Positions 38,260 through 51,139 of a stretch of DNA of 64,000 bases are shown here, piece by piece; position 1 is the stretch's first letter; every line of letters begins with the position of its first letter. Made by a program: the position numbers and the translations under genes. Origin of the DNA: Octopus sinensis (lineage: Eukaryota); NCBI RefSeq assembly GCF_006345805.1, contig NC_042998.1, positions 31,806,001 through 31,870,000 of the forward strand. The letters are read 5' to 3'. The notes beneath the pieces were generated by a model. That model did not search any database, was not told the DNA's origin, and worked only from the letters and a program-made list of their open reading frames with translations.

Positions 38260-38304
38260 TCCTGATGATTTCATTTGAATGAAACAGTTCTAGTCCTGTA
38301 GAAG
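38258..38304 (+). ncRNA. Type I hammerhead ribozyme motif with canonical CUGAUGA/GAAA core and GUA cleavage triplet
   Basis: Helix I CTTC/GAAG; CTGATGA 38262-38268; helix II TTC/GAA with a T.T closing pair; GAAA; helix III ACAG/CTGT; predicted cut after A38300. Both flanks (TA)n. Confidence 0.8.
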
Positions 38305-38316
38305 CTCCTTCTATAA

Positions 38317-38355
<39 letters not shown>

Positions 38356-38835
38356 GTATGTATGTATGTGTGCGTGTGTTTGTGTGTGTGTAAGTGATAA
38401 CAAATAAGGAAATTTATACATTAGCACTGTTTGTGTTTTCGCAATGTGGTTTTCATTTGTACCTTATTTGTTCGTCTTCATCCAGACTTTCGTCAGTTTA
38501 AAAACGCACCCATGCAGCTTTATTTAACATTGAACATTAAATTGTCAAACTTTGATAGTGGCAACTCGTTGAACAAGGCTTCATAGATGCTTTCTTCGCC
38601 TGAAGGAAATCTGGTTGATGATGAACAAACAGGATGTAACTGAAAAGCACATTGCGAGTTCTTCACGCAGGAGAAACATACGTTGGACAGAAATTTAATT
38701 TAAATACACTGTTTGAATGATTGTAATAATAAAATCTATCTATTTATGTTACCTTGGATATAAACTCAATAAACTGTTTATAATCCAACAAACCGAACAT
38801 TTACTTTACCCATCGGATGAAACATATCGGGATTG

Positions 38836-39287
38836 GGATCTTATCGGTTTCAACGGCAGTTTTTTAAAATAATTTCCACGTAGCTTAACACATTTAAACT
38901 TTGTATACCGGTAGAATGTTTTTATAAAACATCTTTTTCTCTTGGCTTTATTGAGAAAATTCTACAGTTTGTAAGATATTTGTTCTTTTTTCTTCAATTT
39001 CTGCAATTTCAACCAATCAATGATGTCTATTGAAGTAAGAAACATTCTGTGCCGTATGAATATGTCTCTCGTTTAAGTAACAGATTGTGTTTATTTACAT
39101 TTCTGAAAAAAAAGATACCCTTCCCTCCACCTCTGACCCTAACCCTAGCCCTAACAATAACTAACCCTAACTAACCCTAACCCTAAAACAGATTGAAATG
39201 CAATAGATTGATTTTAGGGTCATAATTATGGGTAACAATTTCATATGACACCGCTAGAAAAAACTGCCGTTCAAACCGAAAAGATCC
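38836..39287. mobile_element. MITE with about 30-bp TIRs starting GGATC, 8-bp TSD and internal (TAACCC)n; Merlin-like
   Basis: ggatcttatcggtttcaacggcagtttttt / aaaaaactgccgttcaaaccgaaaagatcc; (C/T)GGGATTG at 38828-38835 and 39288-39295. Confidence 0.8.
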
Positions 39288-39456
39288 TGGGATTGTTGAC
39301 CTTGCACACGCCTAACTTATTCCTTACCGTTCGATGTAGTTGGCCTTTATTTACATTATATGTTAGAGTAATTGAACGGTACGTGCCTATCTATTCACTA
39401 CACTACCCCATATCTATATCAATATCTATCTATCTATCTATCTATCTATATATCTA

Positions 39457-39557
<101 letters not shown>

Positions 39558-39834
39558 GTCTGTCTGTGTGCCTGTCTGTCTATCTATCTATCATATGGAC
39601 GGACGATAGTCACATCGGCTCGTAGTAAGTTTGCCCTTTATTACGAGTATGAAATAATAATTGCTTTTATTGCCTTCAAAAGTTTGTGTTTGGATAATAT
39701 TTCGTATGTAAAAGTTTTGCAACAACTAATACATTCGGTTGTGCAAATTCTTTGCACGGGAAACCTGCCCTGTGTGGCGTGTTTCCCGATTTTGTAAATT
39801 TTTTTTCGTCATTCTTACCCATGTCTATTTTGAA

Positions 39835-41035
39835 GATGGCGACTTCAAGCCATGAAGTCGTTGTCCAAAGGAACGCTGGTCTCCTTGACAACGCTTACGA
39901 CGTTGATTTCCCTACCCTGCCTTCCTCACAGTTTCATGAAGGAGGGAAGGAGGGGGAGAAGCAACACAGGTGCAGGTGTGAGCATGGACGCCAACATCGC
40001 CGCCGACAACACACGAAAAAATTGGAAGCACCCAGACGACAGCTTCACAGTCAACCGCTACTACTACTACGGACAACTCTTCCACAAACACCACCACCAA
40101 CAACAACAACGATATCGTCGTTTTGCCGTCCATCATAACTGCCAACAACAACACCACTACTACAACCTCAGCTACTACAAATGCCACCAACTCTACTAGC
40201 AAAAACAAATCCAATTTTGCACAAAAGTTAAAACCAAAGAAGACAATACTAAACTTCACAACAGAACAAATAAAACAGACAAAAGGGAACTTTTCCTTTT
40301 GAACGGCAGTTTTCAACACAATTTCTAGTAAACTAAACACTTTTAAACTTCGTATACTGGTAGAATGTGTCAAAATAAAACATTTTTTTCTCTTGGCTTT
40401 CTTGAGAAAATTGTAATTTATAAATTTAACTTAATTTAATTTTTCGAATTTTAACCAATCAATGACCTCTATTGAGCTAAAATCATTTGCTGCGTCTAAA
40501 ACTGAGACAACATCCTGTCGCTAACCCTAACCCTAACCCTAAATCTTAGCCTTTCGTTTTTTTTTTCTTAATTGTTAAATTAATTTAATTGTTACGCGTG
40601 TGTCTAAAATTATTCGTTTTGTTTTTGTTTTGAGTTTTTGCTTTCGTTTTAGCCTTTCGTTTTTTTTTTACTTAATTGTTAAATTAATTTAAGGATAGCT
40701 TAGGATGTCCACAATCCACATAGTCAGCTACACAGATCACAAACTTGTGACGTGTACGCTAGACTTAGATAAGGCACATAGGCAGGGTCCCGGTTACTGG
40801 AAACTGAATGCGTCTTTCCCGTTGAGACAGGTTTTCAGAGACCGAATTAGCACACTAGTAAAGAGGGTTTTGACGGGAGTCATCGTCAACAACAAACGGT
40901 GGTTTGCCCTCAAGAGAGCAGTAAAAGCAGAAGCAATTAGATATAGCAAAGCACTAGCCATAGATAGAAACAGAGTAGAGGGTGAGCTAGTTAAGAAGTT
41001 AGAAGAGGTAATAAGAAGCGGCATCACAACGGTGA
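39835..41035 (+). mobile_element. Decayed Tx1/L1-type LINE: ORF1-like N-terminus (39835-40285) and ORF2 endonuclease C-terminus (40692-41035)
   Basis: SYTDHKLV...GPGYWKLNAS...WFALKRAVK matches the SDH...GxWKLN motif of L1/Tx1 ORF2. The upstream Thr/Asn-rich segment as ORF1 is only inferred. Confidence 0.65.
40286..40545. mobile_element. Truncated relative of the 38836 MITE (GGAAC terminus, (TAACCC)n)
   Basis: ggaacttttccttttgaacggcagttttc...ctcttggctttcttgagaaaatt...aaccaatcaatgacctctattg...ctaaccctaaccctaaccc. Confidence 0.75.
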
Positions 41036-41788
41036 GGCAAGTGTTGTCTAGCGACTGTTTCAAAATAAGATGGATAAATGTAGCAAGGATGGTACGAATG
41101 AATGACGAAGCCACCTTGAGCTTAATCCTATGAACCGTAAAAATATTTAATACAGAGAGTTACTTATTTGTAAATATATGTTAATGTGACGCAATTGCCC
41201 GAGGTTACTGTGGTGTTTTCGTAGGTTTTTATTTCCACAGAAAAACCTCCCCATTTCTTGGGAACTTTTTGAACTCTTTCGACATTTTTTGCATATATTC
41301 CCAACGATTTTGATCCATTTTGATCGTTGTCCCTTTTTTTCCGCTCCCCTCGAAAAGAAAAACTCTACATTGTAATTGTCCCCTCTGTGTTTAGCCCTGT
41401 GTGGCCAATAAATAAATATTATGGCCTTCATTAATTACTGTTGGCTGAAAGATTTCCACGACTATTGTGGCAATCGGGGTATCACATATATTCGAAAATG
41501 AAATATCGCCATATCTGGTTTAGATACGTGGAAGGCGTAGTATCAGTAGAGCAGTTGTTATTTTCCGGTCCCCTTGATCGGGGCACACACTGTCATTCTT
41601 CTCTGTGCTCAACAATAACTAAATGTGTTGACTAAAGCCAATTTCTTTTATTCTTTATTCGTGTTTATTTTCATCTTTTATGTATTTTTGCATCATTATT
41701 GTTTACTTTTACATTGTGATAGTTGCTGCGCATATATACATACCCACTCAAAATAAAAAAGAATACTTCTTGAATATATATATATATA

Positions 41789-42077
41789 TCACCTGATCAC
41801 GTGACCGACCAGTCCATCAGATGTAGTTACACATCGCTGGTCACAATGCGTTCGCATTGTTTTAGCCTTCGAATGACGCCACCCCGCTGGCTAAGCGAGC
41901 AAGTCAACAGAAGAAAGAGTGAAAAAAAGAGTACAGCAGGGATCACCACCCCCTGCCGGAGCCTCGTGGAACCTTTAGGTGTTTTCGCTCAATAAACACT
42001 CACAACGCCCGGGAATCGAAACCGCGATCCTACGACCGCGAGTCCGCTGCCCTAACCACTGGGCCACTGCGCCTCCA
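41789..42077 (-). mobile_element. tRNA-derived SINE (head Y + tail Q)
   Basis: Highly similar to 13661-13955. Confidence 0.9.
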
Positions 42078-42123
42078 CATATATATATATTAATATATAT
42101 ATATTTATTATATAAAAGGGGAG

Positions 42124-42170
42124 CTTCTACAGGACTAGAACTGTTTCATTCAAGAGAAATCTTCAGGAGC
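42124..42170 (-). ncRNA. Type I hammerhead motif (CUGAAGA, GUA)
   Basis: GCTC-CTGAAGA-TTTCTCTTGAAT-GAAAC-AG-TTCTAGTC-CTGT-A-GAAG; helix I imperfect. Confidence 0.7.
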
Positions 42171-42469
42171 TAGTTAACAAGAATTGTATTGGCCTTTATA
42201 CATTTAGGCAGGTTTAAAGGGGTGTTGGTGGGGACTTTTTGGGGGTAGGCATAGCGCAAAAAATCATACTTGGGGGAGTGGTCAAGGATCAGTGTTAAAT
42301 TAGATAGGAGAATAAATAAAAAAAAAATAAAAATAAAAAATAAAAATAAAAATAAAAAAAATAAAAAAAATTAAAAATAAAAAAAATAAAAAAAAAATAA
42401 AAATAAAAATAAAAATAAAAATAAAAGATAAAAAATAAATGTATAAAGGCCAATACATTCTTGTTACTA

Positions 42470-42514
42470 CTTCCTGAAGATTTTCTTGAATGAAACAGTT
42501 CTAGTCTGTAGAAG
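42470..42514 (+). ncRNA. Type I hammerhead motif (CUGAAGA, GUA)
   Basis: CTTC-CTGAAGA-TTTTCTTGAAT-GAAAC-AG-TTCTAGT-CTGT-A-GAAG; helix I CTTC/GAAG intact. Confidence 0.75.
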
Positions 42515-42602
42515 CTCCTTCTATATAATAAATTAATTTTACTCTGCTATGTATTGAGTACCTTATTTACTGTGGTTAACCCCGAATCAACCCGGGACCT
42601 AC

Positions 42603-42682
<80 letters not shown>

Positions 42683-42774
42683 TATATATAATATATATAT
42701 ATATATATTATATATATATATATAGATATTATATATATATATATATATATATGTATTGTGTGTGTGTGTATAAT

Positions 42775-42995
42775 ATTCAAAATGTGACCGCGTGTGTACC
42801 GTTGGCGATTTTTTTCCCTCTGTCTTCCCTTCTCTGCATCTTTCCTTCTCCTATGTTCCAACGAAGAGCTCCGCTCGAAACGTTAAACCCTCCGCCTTTC
42901 CTTCTTCCTGAGCGTCCAATAATACTATATTTGTTCCACGTCCTCGCGTTGTTGTGTTTTTTTTTTTTGTTGCTTTCATGTTTGGAGTAACTTCA
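42775..42995 (+). mobile_element. Second copy of the 10579-10795 element; hammerhead (42855-42888) has G5A
   Basis: GTT-CCAACGA-A-GAGC-TCC-GCTC-GAAAC-GTT-AAAC; both flanks TA-rich. Confidence 0.75.
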
Positions 42996-43090
42996 TATAT
43001 TATATGTCTATATATATATATTAGTACGTTTAAATATGGGCTAAACTGCCAAAATGACCATTCCGAAATATAACAATATATATATTATAT

Positions 43091-43124
<34 letters not shown>

Positions 43125-43183
43125 ATATATAATATATATAGTATATATATATATATGTATATATATATGTATATGATTATATA

Positions 43184-43301
43184 TCACGTGATCACATGAC
43201 TGACCAGACCATCAGATGTTGTTACACATTGCTGGTCACAATGCGTTCGCATTGTTTTAGCCTTCGAACGAAGCCACCCCGCTGGCTAAGCGGGCAGGCC
43301 A
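43184..43301 (-). mobile_element. SINE tail Q only (5'-truncated)
   Basis: tcacgtgatcacatgactgaccagaccatcagatg...gctggctaagcgggcaggcc, between (TA)n arrays. Confidence 0.85.
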
Positions 43302-43836
43302 CATATATATATATATATATAGATAAGGAGTAGAATTACTGGAGATTTAGTATTCACAACGTGGCAAAATTATGAGTTGAAAATATGTGGAAAATATATA
43401 TAAAAAGTGGAAGAGAAATGCCTCTGTTTCACATAGTTTAATATCTTTTTATAAAGAAAACTTTTCTTTTAATATATACATGTTTTATGGATATAGTGAT
43501 ATCCAACCGGTTTTCGCTATTTAAATTAGCATTTCAAGGGACGTGTGTGTATATCTATGTATATATATATATATCAAAGTTTGTTTTATATCGTTATAAT
43601 AAAAACAGCTTTACATTAAAATGTAGAATTAATATATATTTTTAGAGTAGATGCTTATTAAAATTTTGTTAGAACAACGCTGTCCGGTCGGTTAAACTAC
43701 GTTGGGCTGTGGAAGGTGGGTAGGCAGGAATTTCGATGTCACTGTGCTTTCTTTTTGCAGAAAAATTAAACACACACACGTATATATTATATTATATATA
43801 TTATATATATATTATATTATATATATATATATATAT

Positions 43837-43876
<40 letters not shown>

Positions 43877-44264
43877 ATATATATATATATATATATATAT
43901 CTATATATATATATATATAACACGTATAAGTATGTGACTTATTTAAGAGAAGGGAAGAAATAAATTGCCCTAACTAAAACTTAAGTGAACTTTTATGAGT
44001 TGAGAACGCGTATGCTTTCTGGATCTTTTTTAAAGCATTATGTATAATATACACCTCGAATATTCCATTAGTGCTTGCGAACATTAATGTCTTTTAAGTA
44101 ATGGTTTTAGTTATATTTTCGGATAAATGTACAATTTTAATTTTTCTGATTAAATATATTTTCTGCTGTATATTACTGATATTTTTTGCTGAAACAAATG
44201 ATTGACAGCAGCGAATATAAATTTTTCATGTTAAAATCTAGATTTCTGAAATAGTATACTTTTG

Positions 44265-44476
44265 CTTTTACTCGTTTTTTAGTTATTATACTGCGGCCAT
44301 GCTAAGGCACCGCCTTTAGTCGAATGAATCGACTGCAGTACATAATTTTTAAGCCTGATACTTATTCTATCGGTCTCTTTTTGCCGAACCGCTTTGTTAC
44401 AGGGTCGCAACGACAGACACAAAAACGCACGAACACACACACTCACACACACACAGACACACACACACACACACAT

Positions 44477-44531
<55 letters not shown>

Positions 44532-44695
44532 CATATATATATATCCAACGTGCTTCTTTCAGTTTCCGTCTACTAAATCCACTGACAAGGCTTTGGTCGG
44601 CGCTAGGCTATAGTAGAAGACACTTGCCCAGGATGCTATACAGTGGGACTGAACCCGCAACCATGTTGTTGTGTGTCAAACTTCTTAAACAGTAC
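44265..44695 (-). mobile_element. SINE family A variant, near full length
   Basis: ctgcggccatgctaaggcaccgcc...gtgggactgaacccg. Confidence 0.85.
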
Positions 44696-46294
44696 ACTCA
44701 AAACCATAACCTCCCATTTATGTCCACACCGAGGCAGACCTACCTGTGACTCGGTAGAAAATGCAAATCTGTTAAAATATTTGAAAATATATTGGAAAAT
44801 TAAACCACGTACTGCTAATATTTGTGGCGAAATTACGTTTTATTGATCTCCCATTATTAGTGAAACAAGTGAGACGATTCGATCAAGATCCATCGATAAG
44901 ACGCTGTTTATTAAATGGCAGGTTGTTTCTTATTACAAAATAAATTCATATAATGTATTTACATAATTTAAATTAAAATCGAAATAATATTCATAGTTGA
45001 GCTAATATAAGGAAATTACTTGGCTCATTATAATGCACCACAACTTTTCAAAATAAAACATTTATGAGTTGCAGAAAGAGTATATTTTTCTTGTATTGTA
45101 TTTTCTTTTATCGAATGTCAATAAGTCTGTCTACATTTTCGTTTATCATTTATTTGAAGTTACTATCGAATGCATCTTTTAATGACAACCCACATAAAAA
45201 TAAGTAAATTTAATCAACACCTATAGAATAGCAAACAAGTCCATTGTTTAAGTTCTGTTAACACTGATAATTATACTAGTATTTCCATATATTAACCCTT
45301 TTTACATTGTCTTAAACCCGATAAATTCGCTATTCTTAAACGTATATTTATCACCATAGAAACAAAGGCGCCCAGCTTTTTCGCCATACGGTTTTCTAAA
45401 ACCAATGAAAATTTTTCTATCAATATATATTTATTATTATTTTCTAAATATTTTAAACTATTTATTTCTTGTCTAATTACACTCAGAAGATTTTGCATAT
45501 CCAAATTATACGTGACTAATTTATAAAAATGCAAGTCCGTTGATCTCAATTCATAAATTACAAGTAAAAACCATACTTAGAGTGTTAATGTTCGAAGTCA
45601 CTTTATATAATCAATTATTCACATTTTTATACTGAGATCTTTTCCACACAATATGTTCTTTGAACGGAGCCTAATTCATGACCGAAGATAGCTCTCCTTC
45701 TCCAGAATAATCTATATTGATTTGGAATGAAAACCTGTATGCTGTGAAGGTATAGCTTCATTCTTTGCCAGAAAAGACTATATTTGTAAAGATTGGAAAT
45801 ATTTGGCACACGATCAGATAAAGATAACAAAAAAATTAGCCTTTTATTATTAACCTTCTCACAAGTTGCTCTGATAGAAAAACACCTCTTTAACAGTATT
45901 TTACAACCTTCGATTACAGGCTAGTGAAAATTAATTTCCTTTATAATTGTTTTCACTGCACTGATGTTACAACTTTTATAGGTTTTCCGAATTGAACGCA
46001 AAATGTATTTCAATATTAAGTTTTTCAAAGGGGCCTCTGTTATTTATCTTATAATTCCGATATCCTTAAATAATATCTTTACTGCTTTGATACATACCAA
46101 GGATTATTAAAGCGTGATAGTTCGAAGTTTATAATTGCAAATAGTTATGAAATAATTTTTAATATCATTTATTCCCGTGCTATACCATAAAGAGGAATGC
46201 AAATTGTCATGAACAACAGAGCCGCAAATTATGTATTAAATCATTTAATCTTTTATCATTAGTAATCTAAGTCGAAATGCCAGTAATATCCATT

Positions 46295-46480
46295 CTAATG
46301 TAGGCACAAGGCCTGAAAATTTGGGGGAGGGGTATAGTCACTTACATCGACCCCAGTGTTCAACAGGTACTTATTTTATCGACACTGAGGGGATGAAAGC
46401 AAAGTCGGATTAGCGGAAGTTGAACTCGGATGAAATGCCATCAAGCAGTTTGTCCGGCATGATAACCATACTGCATGTTC
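46295..46480 (-). mobile_element. Diverged SINE B (tail 2)
   Basis: taggcacaaggcctgaaaatttgggggagggg...ggtacttattttatcgac...ggatgaaagcaaagtcg. Confidence 0.75.
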
Positions 46481-47068
46481 TTCACCTTCACAGCAACAAC
46501 AACAAAAATTATTTAATATGAGAAAAGATCAATATTGACATCCGATTAAAAGGAGAGTTAATATTTCTAGGGAAGAAATTAGATTTTTTGTTTTAAATAT
46601 TCTAATACATTACAATTTCTTTTTTAATATTTATGCAGCATGAAAGCGAAGGCAGTGTAATTTACTCGGAGGGCAATGAAATAGGGTAACCATGCGAAAC
46701 TAAATTGTTGCATAATTTATATCAAATTTCAATAAGACATATTGTATACACACGTACACACACATGCACACACATAGACACACACGCATACAGACCCCCC
46801 CACACACAACCACACACAGCGACACACATATACATACATATATGTATATATATACGTACATATTTATACATATATATAAGCATAAATACATGTGTATGAA
46901 TATCTTTCTTTTAGCTATCTATCTATCTATCTATCTATCTCTACTCACTTTTATATATATACATACATACATACATACATACATACATACATACATACAT
47001 GCATGCATGCGTACGTACGTACGTACGTACGTACATACATACATACATACATACATACATACATACAT

Positions 47069-47140
<72 letters not shown>

Positions 47141-47161
47141 ATACACACAAACGAAACGATT

Positions 47162-47506
47162 ATTGAGACCCCCTTCGGTCATGAATGACCATGGGATTGC
47201 ACCTAGAAAGTTATCCTCCGAGGCACAAGTCCAAGCAAGGTTGTTTATGGAAGGCCAGCAGTTGCCCCTGCATACCAGCCTCCCATCTCCACAACAGTGA
47301 TGTTATCTAAAGGAAAGGCAAAGGGGCCAATACAGCTTGGCACCAGGGATGTTGCAACTCATTTCTACAGCTGAGTGAACTGGGAGCAACGTGAAATAAA
47401 GTGTTTTGCTCAAGAACAAAACACGCAGCACGATCCGGGAATCGAACTCACAACCTCACGATCGTAAGCTCGACGCTCTAACCACTGAGCCATGCGCCTT
47501 CACACA
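47162..47506 (-). mobile_element. tRNA-derived SINE (head X + tail R) with 8-bp TSD
   Basis: gaaggcgcatggctcagtggttagagcg...gagttcgattcc; ttcttgagcaaaacact core; AAACGATT at 47154-47161 and 47507-47514. Confidence 0.88.
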
Positions 47507-47873
47507 AAACGATTTTAGGGAAATAAAAAAGGATTTGAAGTGAACAATGTTAAACACATGCAAAGTTACTCTCTACTTTCCTAAAAGTACTATATTCTTT
47601 ATGGTAGCGAATGGATGACACATATACAATGCAATTAACGGCAATGATTTAATAGTTTACTATTACAACTGTTTATTTGTTGCTGAAAAATGAACAATTT
47701 AAGTCCTTAGTGATCAACTGTACATGAGAGAAACGAAATCATTCCGTTTACTCTTTTTAAATCTGACAATTATTGATTATTTTCGTCTGGTAATTTTAAA
47801 GTGAGGGAGAATACTACGTAAGAAAACAAGACTGGTGCGCAAACCGTAACATAGATGTACTTATCACGCTCTG

Positions 47874-47984
<111 letters not shown>

Positions 47985-48544
47985 TGCGTGTGTGTGTGTG
48001 ATGTGATTATCTTTATATCACATGGTTATCTCACAGAATATATCAATGGAAGAATTTATATTCTCTAGACGTCTGAGATATTAATAGAAAATTGCTTGCT
48101 TTTCAAACTTCCATTTATTGCTCAAGTCATTTCAAATTGTAAAAAGATGCCCGAGGTATTTTATTTTAGAGACTCAATTGAATAGAGCCTGTTGCCAACG
48201 AGTACGGATTTACCACCAGCCTCCCAATTATAGTTTTAAAAAACATCTTGCATGATGTTGAATATCAATATCGTTTTTAATATTGATAAAAGTTCAAATC
48301 ACGCAAGGATCGCCTCCGTCTTCACTCCGTCTTTACTCCATCTCATGGAACAATTCTGAAATTTGCTTCCAAAATCATATCAATACTTGTTTCGTAATAA
48401 ATTTTAAGTTCATGTTATTATTACGTACAAAAATCTATTATATTTATAATGAAAAGGATACCTAGAAAAAAATTACAATTTTGAGAATAGCTTCTTTAAA
48501 AATTCATATAACTAGATATCTAAAAAATAAATTTTAGCTTTTAT

Positions 48545-48725
48545 CGTTTATCTCTTACTTGTTGTCGCTCATTAGACTGCGGCCATGCTGGGGTATAACC
48601 TTGAAGAACTTTTGAGTCTTTTTAAAGCCATGAAGTTATTTTCTTGAGTCTCTATTCCGAAACGCTTATTTACGTGAACGTAAACACGACAACACCGGTT
48701 GTACAGCGTGAATGGGGAAGAAATA
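48545..48725 (-). mobile_element. SINE A variant, 3' fragment
   Basis: gactgcggccatgctggggtataaccttgaag...gtaaacacgacaacaccggttg. Confidence 0.65.
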
Positions 48726-48810
48726 CATACACAAAGATGCACACACGTGCATACATACATACATATATAGAGAGAGAGGGGGGAGAGGGTGATAGAGAAA
48801 GAGAGAGAGA

Positions 48811-49185
48811 GTGGAGGCGCGTAGCGTAGTGGCCGATTAGGGTATTGGACTACTCATGATAGTAAGATTGTGGTTTCAATTCTTCACCCAGGTGACGCAT
48901 TGTCTCCTTGAGCATAGCGCTTAATTTCGCTTTGCGCCAGTCCATTCATGTGGCAAAAAGTGAGAAGTACTGAGACGGACCGGCGTCTCGTACATGTGGG
49001 GAATATACACACAGCGGAAACCGGTAAACCTGCCCTATCAGCCTATCAGCCAAAAGAGACCGATAGAATAAGTACTAGGATTCCAAAGAATAAGTCCTGG
49101 GGTCTATTTGCTCGACTAAAGGCGGTGCTCCAGCATGGCCGCAGTCAAATGACTGAAACAGGTAAACATAAAAGTAAAAGTAAAA
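48811..49185 (+). mobile_element. Diverged X-type SINE joined to a SINE A 3' tail (49035-49185)
   Basis: tggaggcgcgtagcgtagtgg...ccttgagcatagcgctt...ggaaaccggtaaacc, then aaagagaccgatagaataagtactagg...ccagcatggccgcagtcaaatgactgaaac. Confidence 0.7.
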
Positions 49186-50259
49186 GTGCAGATGACTGTT
49201 ATGTTGGTGTCACTCACAACTGAGAAGATATTCGTATATCAGTCATATTTCTCACTTCCCGATACAAATGATTTTTTTCTCTATTCAAATTCTATATTAC
49301 CAGCTGCGTATTTTACTATTTTTCACAAAATACATAAAATATTTAGATATCAGTCAATTAAATTTTATAATCAATACGAAAGATTACTTATAGGTGCAAT
49401 GAAGATATTTGATATGATATTCTGTCCATATGAATAGTGATATCAATGTTCATGGAATGTGCGCAATCACTTCTTGTTGGTGTTTTTATACACGTTTTGA
49501 TGATTTTTTTACAGGTAACAGATACATTAATCATGGATTAAACCTATGATTTATTTCCTCTCTACTAGCAACGCCGATGTAATTCAAATATGAAATAAAT
49601 CTTATACAAATAATACAAATGTTATATTTATGTTATAATAAAATAAGAAATTTTATCAAAATAAAAATGAGGAAAAATGGCAATAAAAAAGTTCGTATTT
49701 ATTCTACCAACATGAGAATTGGAAAAAAAAACATTATCGCCATCGCTAATATTTTATAATGGTTCACAGGAGTTATTGAGCAACTTTGATCTGTGGACTT
49801 CTTTTGGGAGTGATTTGTTAGAATTTTTGGTAACATATTCTTTGTTGTGTCTTACATTAAATACGAACAGTGGCAATCATTGATCGATATTTTAATCGAT
49901 TTTTATGTTGGTAAATCTACAAGTAACGAGTTTCCATAATCTAAACTGATATTTGAAGAAGCAATGGTAATCAAATATACATTATCGTGTCAGGGCTACG
50001 TTTCATCAAAGGACACAGTTTTGTTACCAACATGATATTTTGCGTCCCTGTCTGTAAGCTATTCCTTTCAAATTTATATCACTCTCTACAGAGTCGGAAC
50101 CCCAGTATGTATGCATCGTTTACGATATCATGTCCGCAATAGTTTCATTAGAGTAATGCTTCTCTATCTGGAACGGTACCTCAACTATCCATGCACACGT
50201 TGCCTTCAAATTGCCTTCAAATTACAGAAAATGAGATAGATTGTTAGGTCATTACTCAC

Positions 50260-50345
50260 CAACAAACACACGCTAAACTTTGGCCCACAGAGTGTTGACT
50301 CGTTTCTCTGCCTTTTCTAGTGCTATCAAAATGATCTTTGCTCAT
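50260..50345 (-). CDS. Candidate first coding exon (MSKDHFDSTRKGRETSQHSVGQSLACVC)
   Basis: ATG at 50345 after an in-frame upstream stop, open to a strong donor TTG|gtgagtaa; non-repetitive and relatively GC-rich. Confidence 0.25.
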
Positions 50346-51139
50346 CGGAGCTGGCAGACTTCGAGTCACTTTCCGTTAGCTATTCTTAAGTCACTTCTTC
50401 TTTCGATATCCACAGGAGTCAACCCCGTTGGTATCGGTTGATCTACAAAGACTACGAATGAAGGCCAGCAGAAAATCTTTCTCTCAATCACCAAAAAGAA
50501 ACAAAAAACAACAAAAATAAAATAATAAAGAAACAACCCGAAATTCAAACACGATTTTTTGTTGCGTTTGCTTAGCTATGTACATTAACGAGATATTATG
50601 TAAATGAAATCATTAAGAAGGCAATCCAAAATTATTGCTTGAAAATGTGTTATTATTATTTTCCTATTGATTTGCATTTTATTTCATCTTCCGTCAGGGT
50701 GACAACCAGAGACCTGAGGCATGTATATATTAGATGGAAAATGATGATGATGACGATGATCATCTTCATCATTGTCGTAATTATTATCATTATTTTCATT
50801 CAGCGGATTCAAGTAGTAACTCCAGCTTTCTTTACACTTTAATACTCTTGTGGCTGGTTCAGGGATATCAGAAAGGGTCTTCTAAAAGACATAGGTAGGG
50901 TCCTTTGACACTCTTAGATGTCGTTTACCGTGCAAACATTAAAGTGTTGGCGTTATGTGGTTTTGTTGGGACTTGCTAACGTTACAGTTGCATATTTCTG
51001 AACGTTTCCACTTGTGATCGTTTGTACTCCTTGATTATGCTAAAAAGATTTTGTTCTACTTTCTTTGCTGGCTAGTCTTTTTAAGATTGTTACTTCTTTA
51101 TGAAAGTACCTGTAAGGCATCTTATTAATAAGAGTATAT

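Larger units (their letters stand above)
42105..42530. mobile_element. Inverted pseudo-LTR-like element with outward-facing hammerheads on both strands
   Basis: Arms about 42105-42203 and 42436-42530 are reverse complements; spacer is G-rich then (TAAAAA)n. Confidence 0.8.

Noticed and set aside
39135-39186. (TAACCC)n as a chromosome end or fusion site
   Set aside because: Short, degenerate and internal to a TIR element present twice.
39752-40373. Gln/His/Thr-rich overlapping ORFs as a host low-complexity gene
   Set aside because: Built from (CAA/CTA/CAC)n runs, lying between a MITE and a Tx1 ORF2 remnant; better explained as retroelement ORF1 debris.
45292-45830. Two protein-looking minus-strand ORFs (85 and 67 aa)
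   Set aside because: Very AT-rich, no motif, no consistent splice signals, and surrounding frames full of stops.
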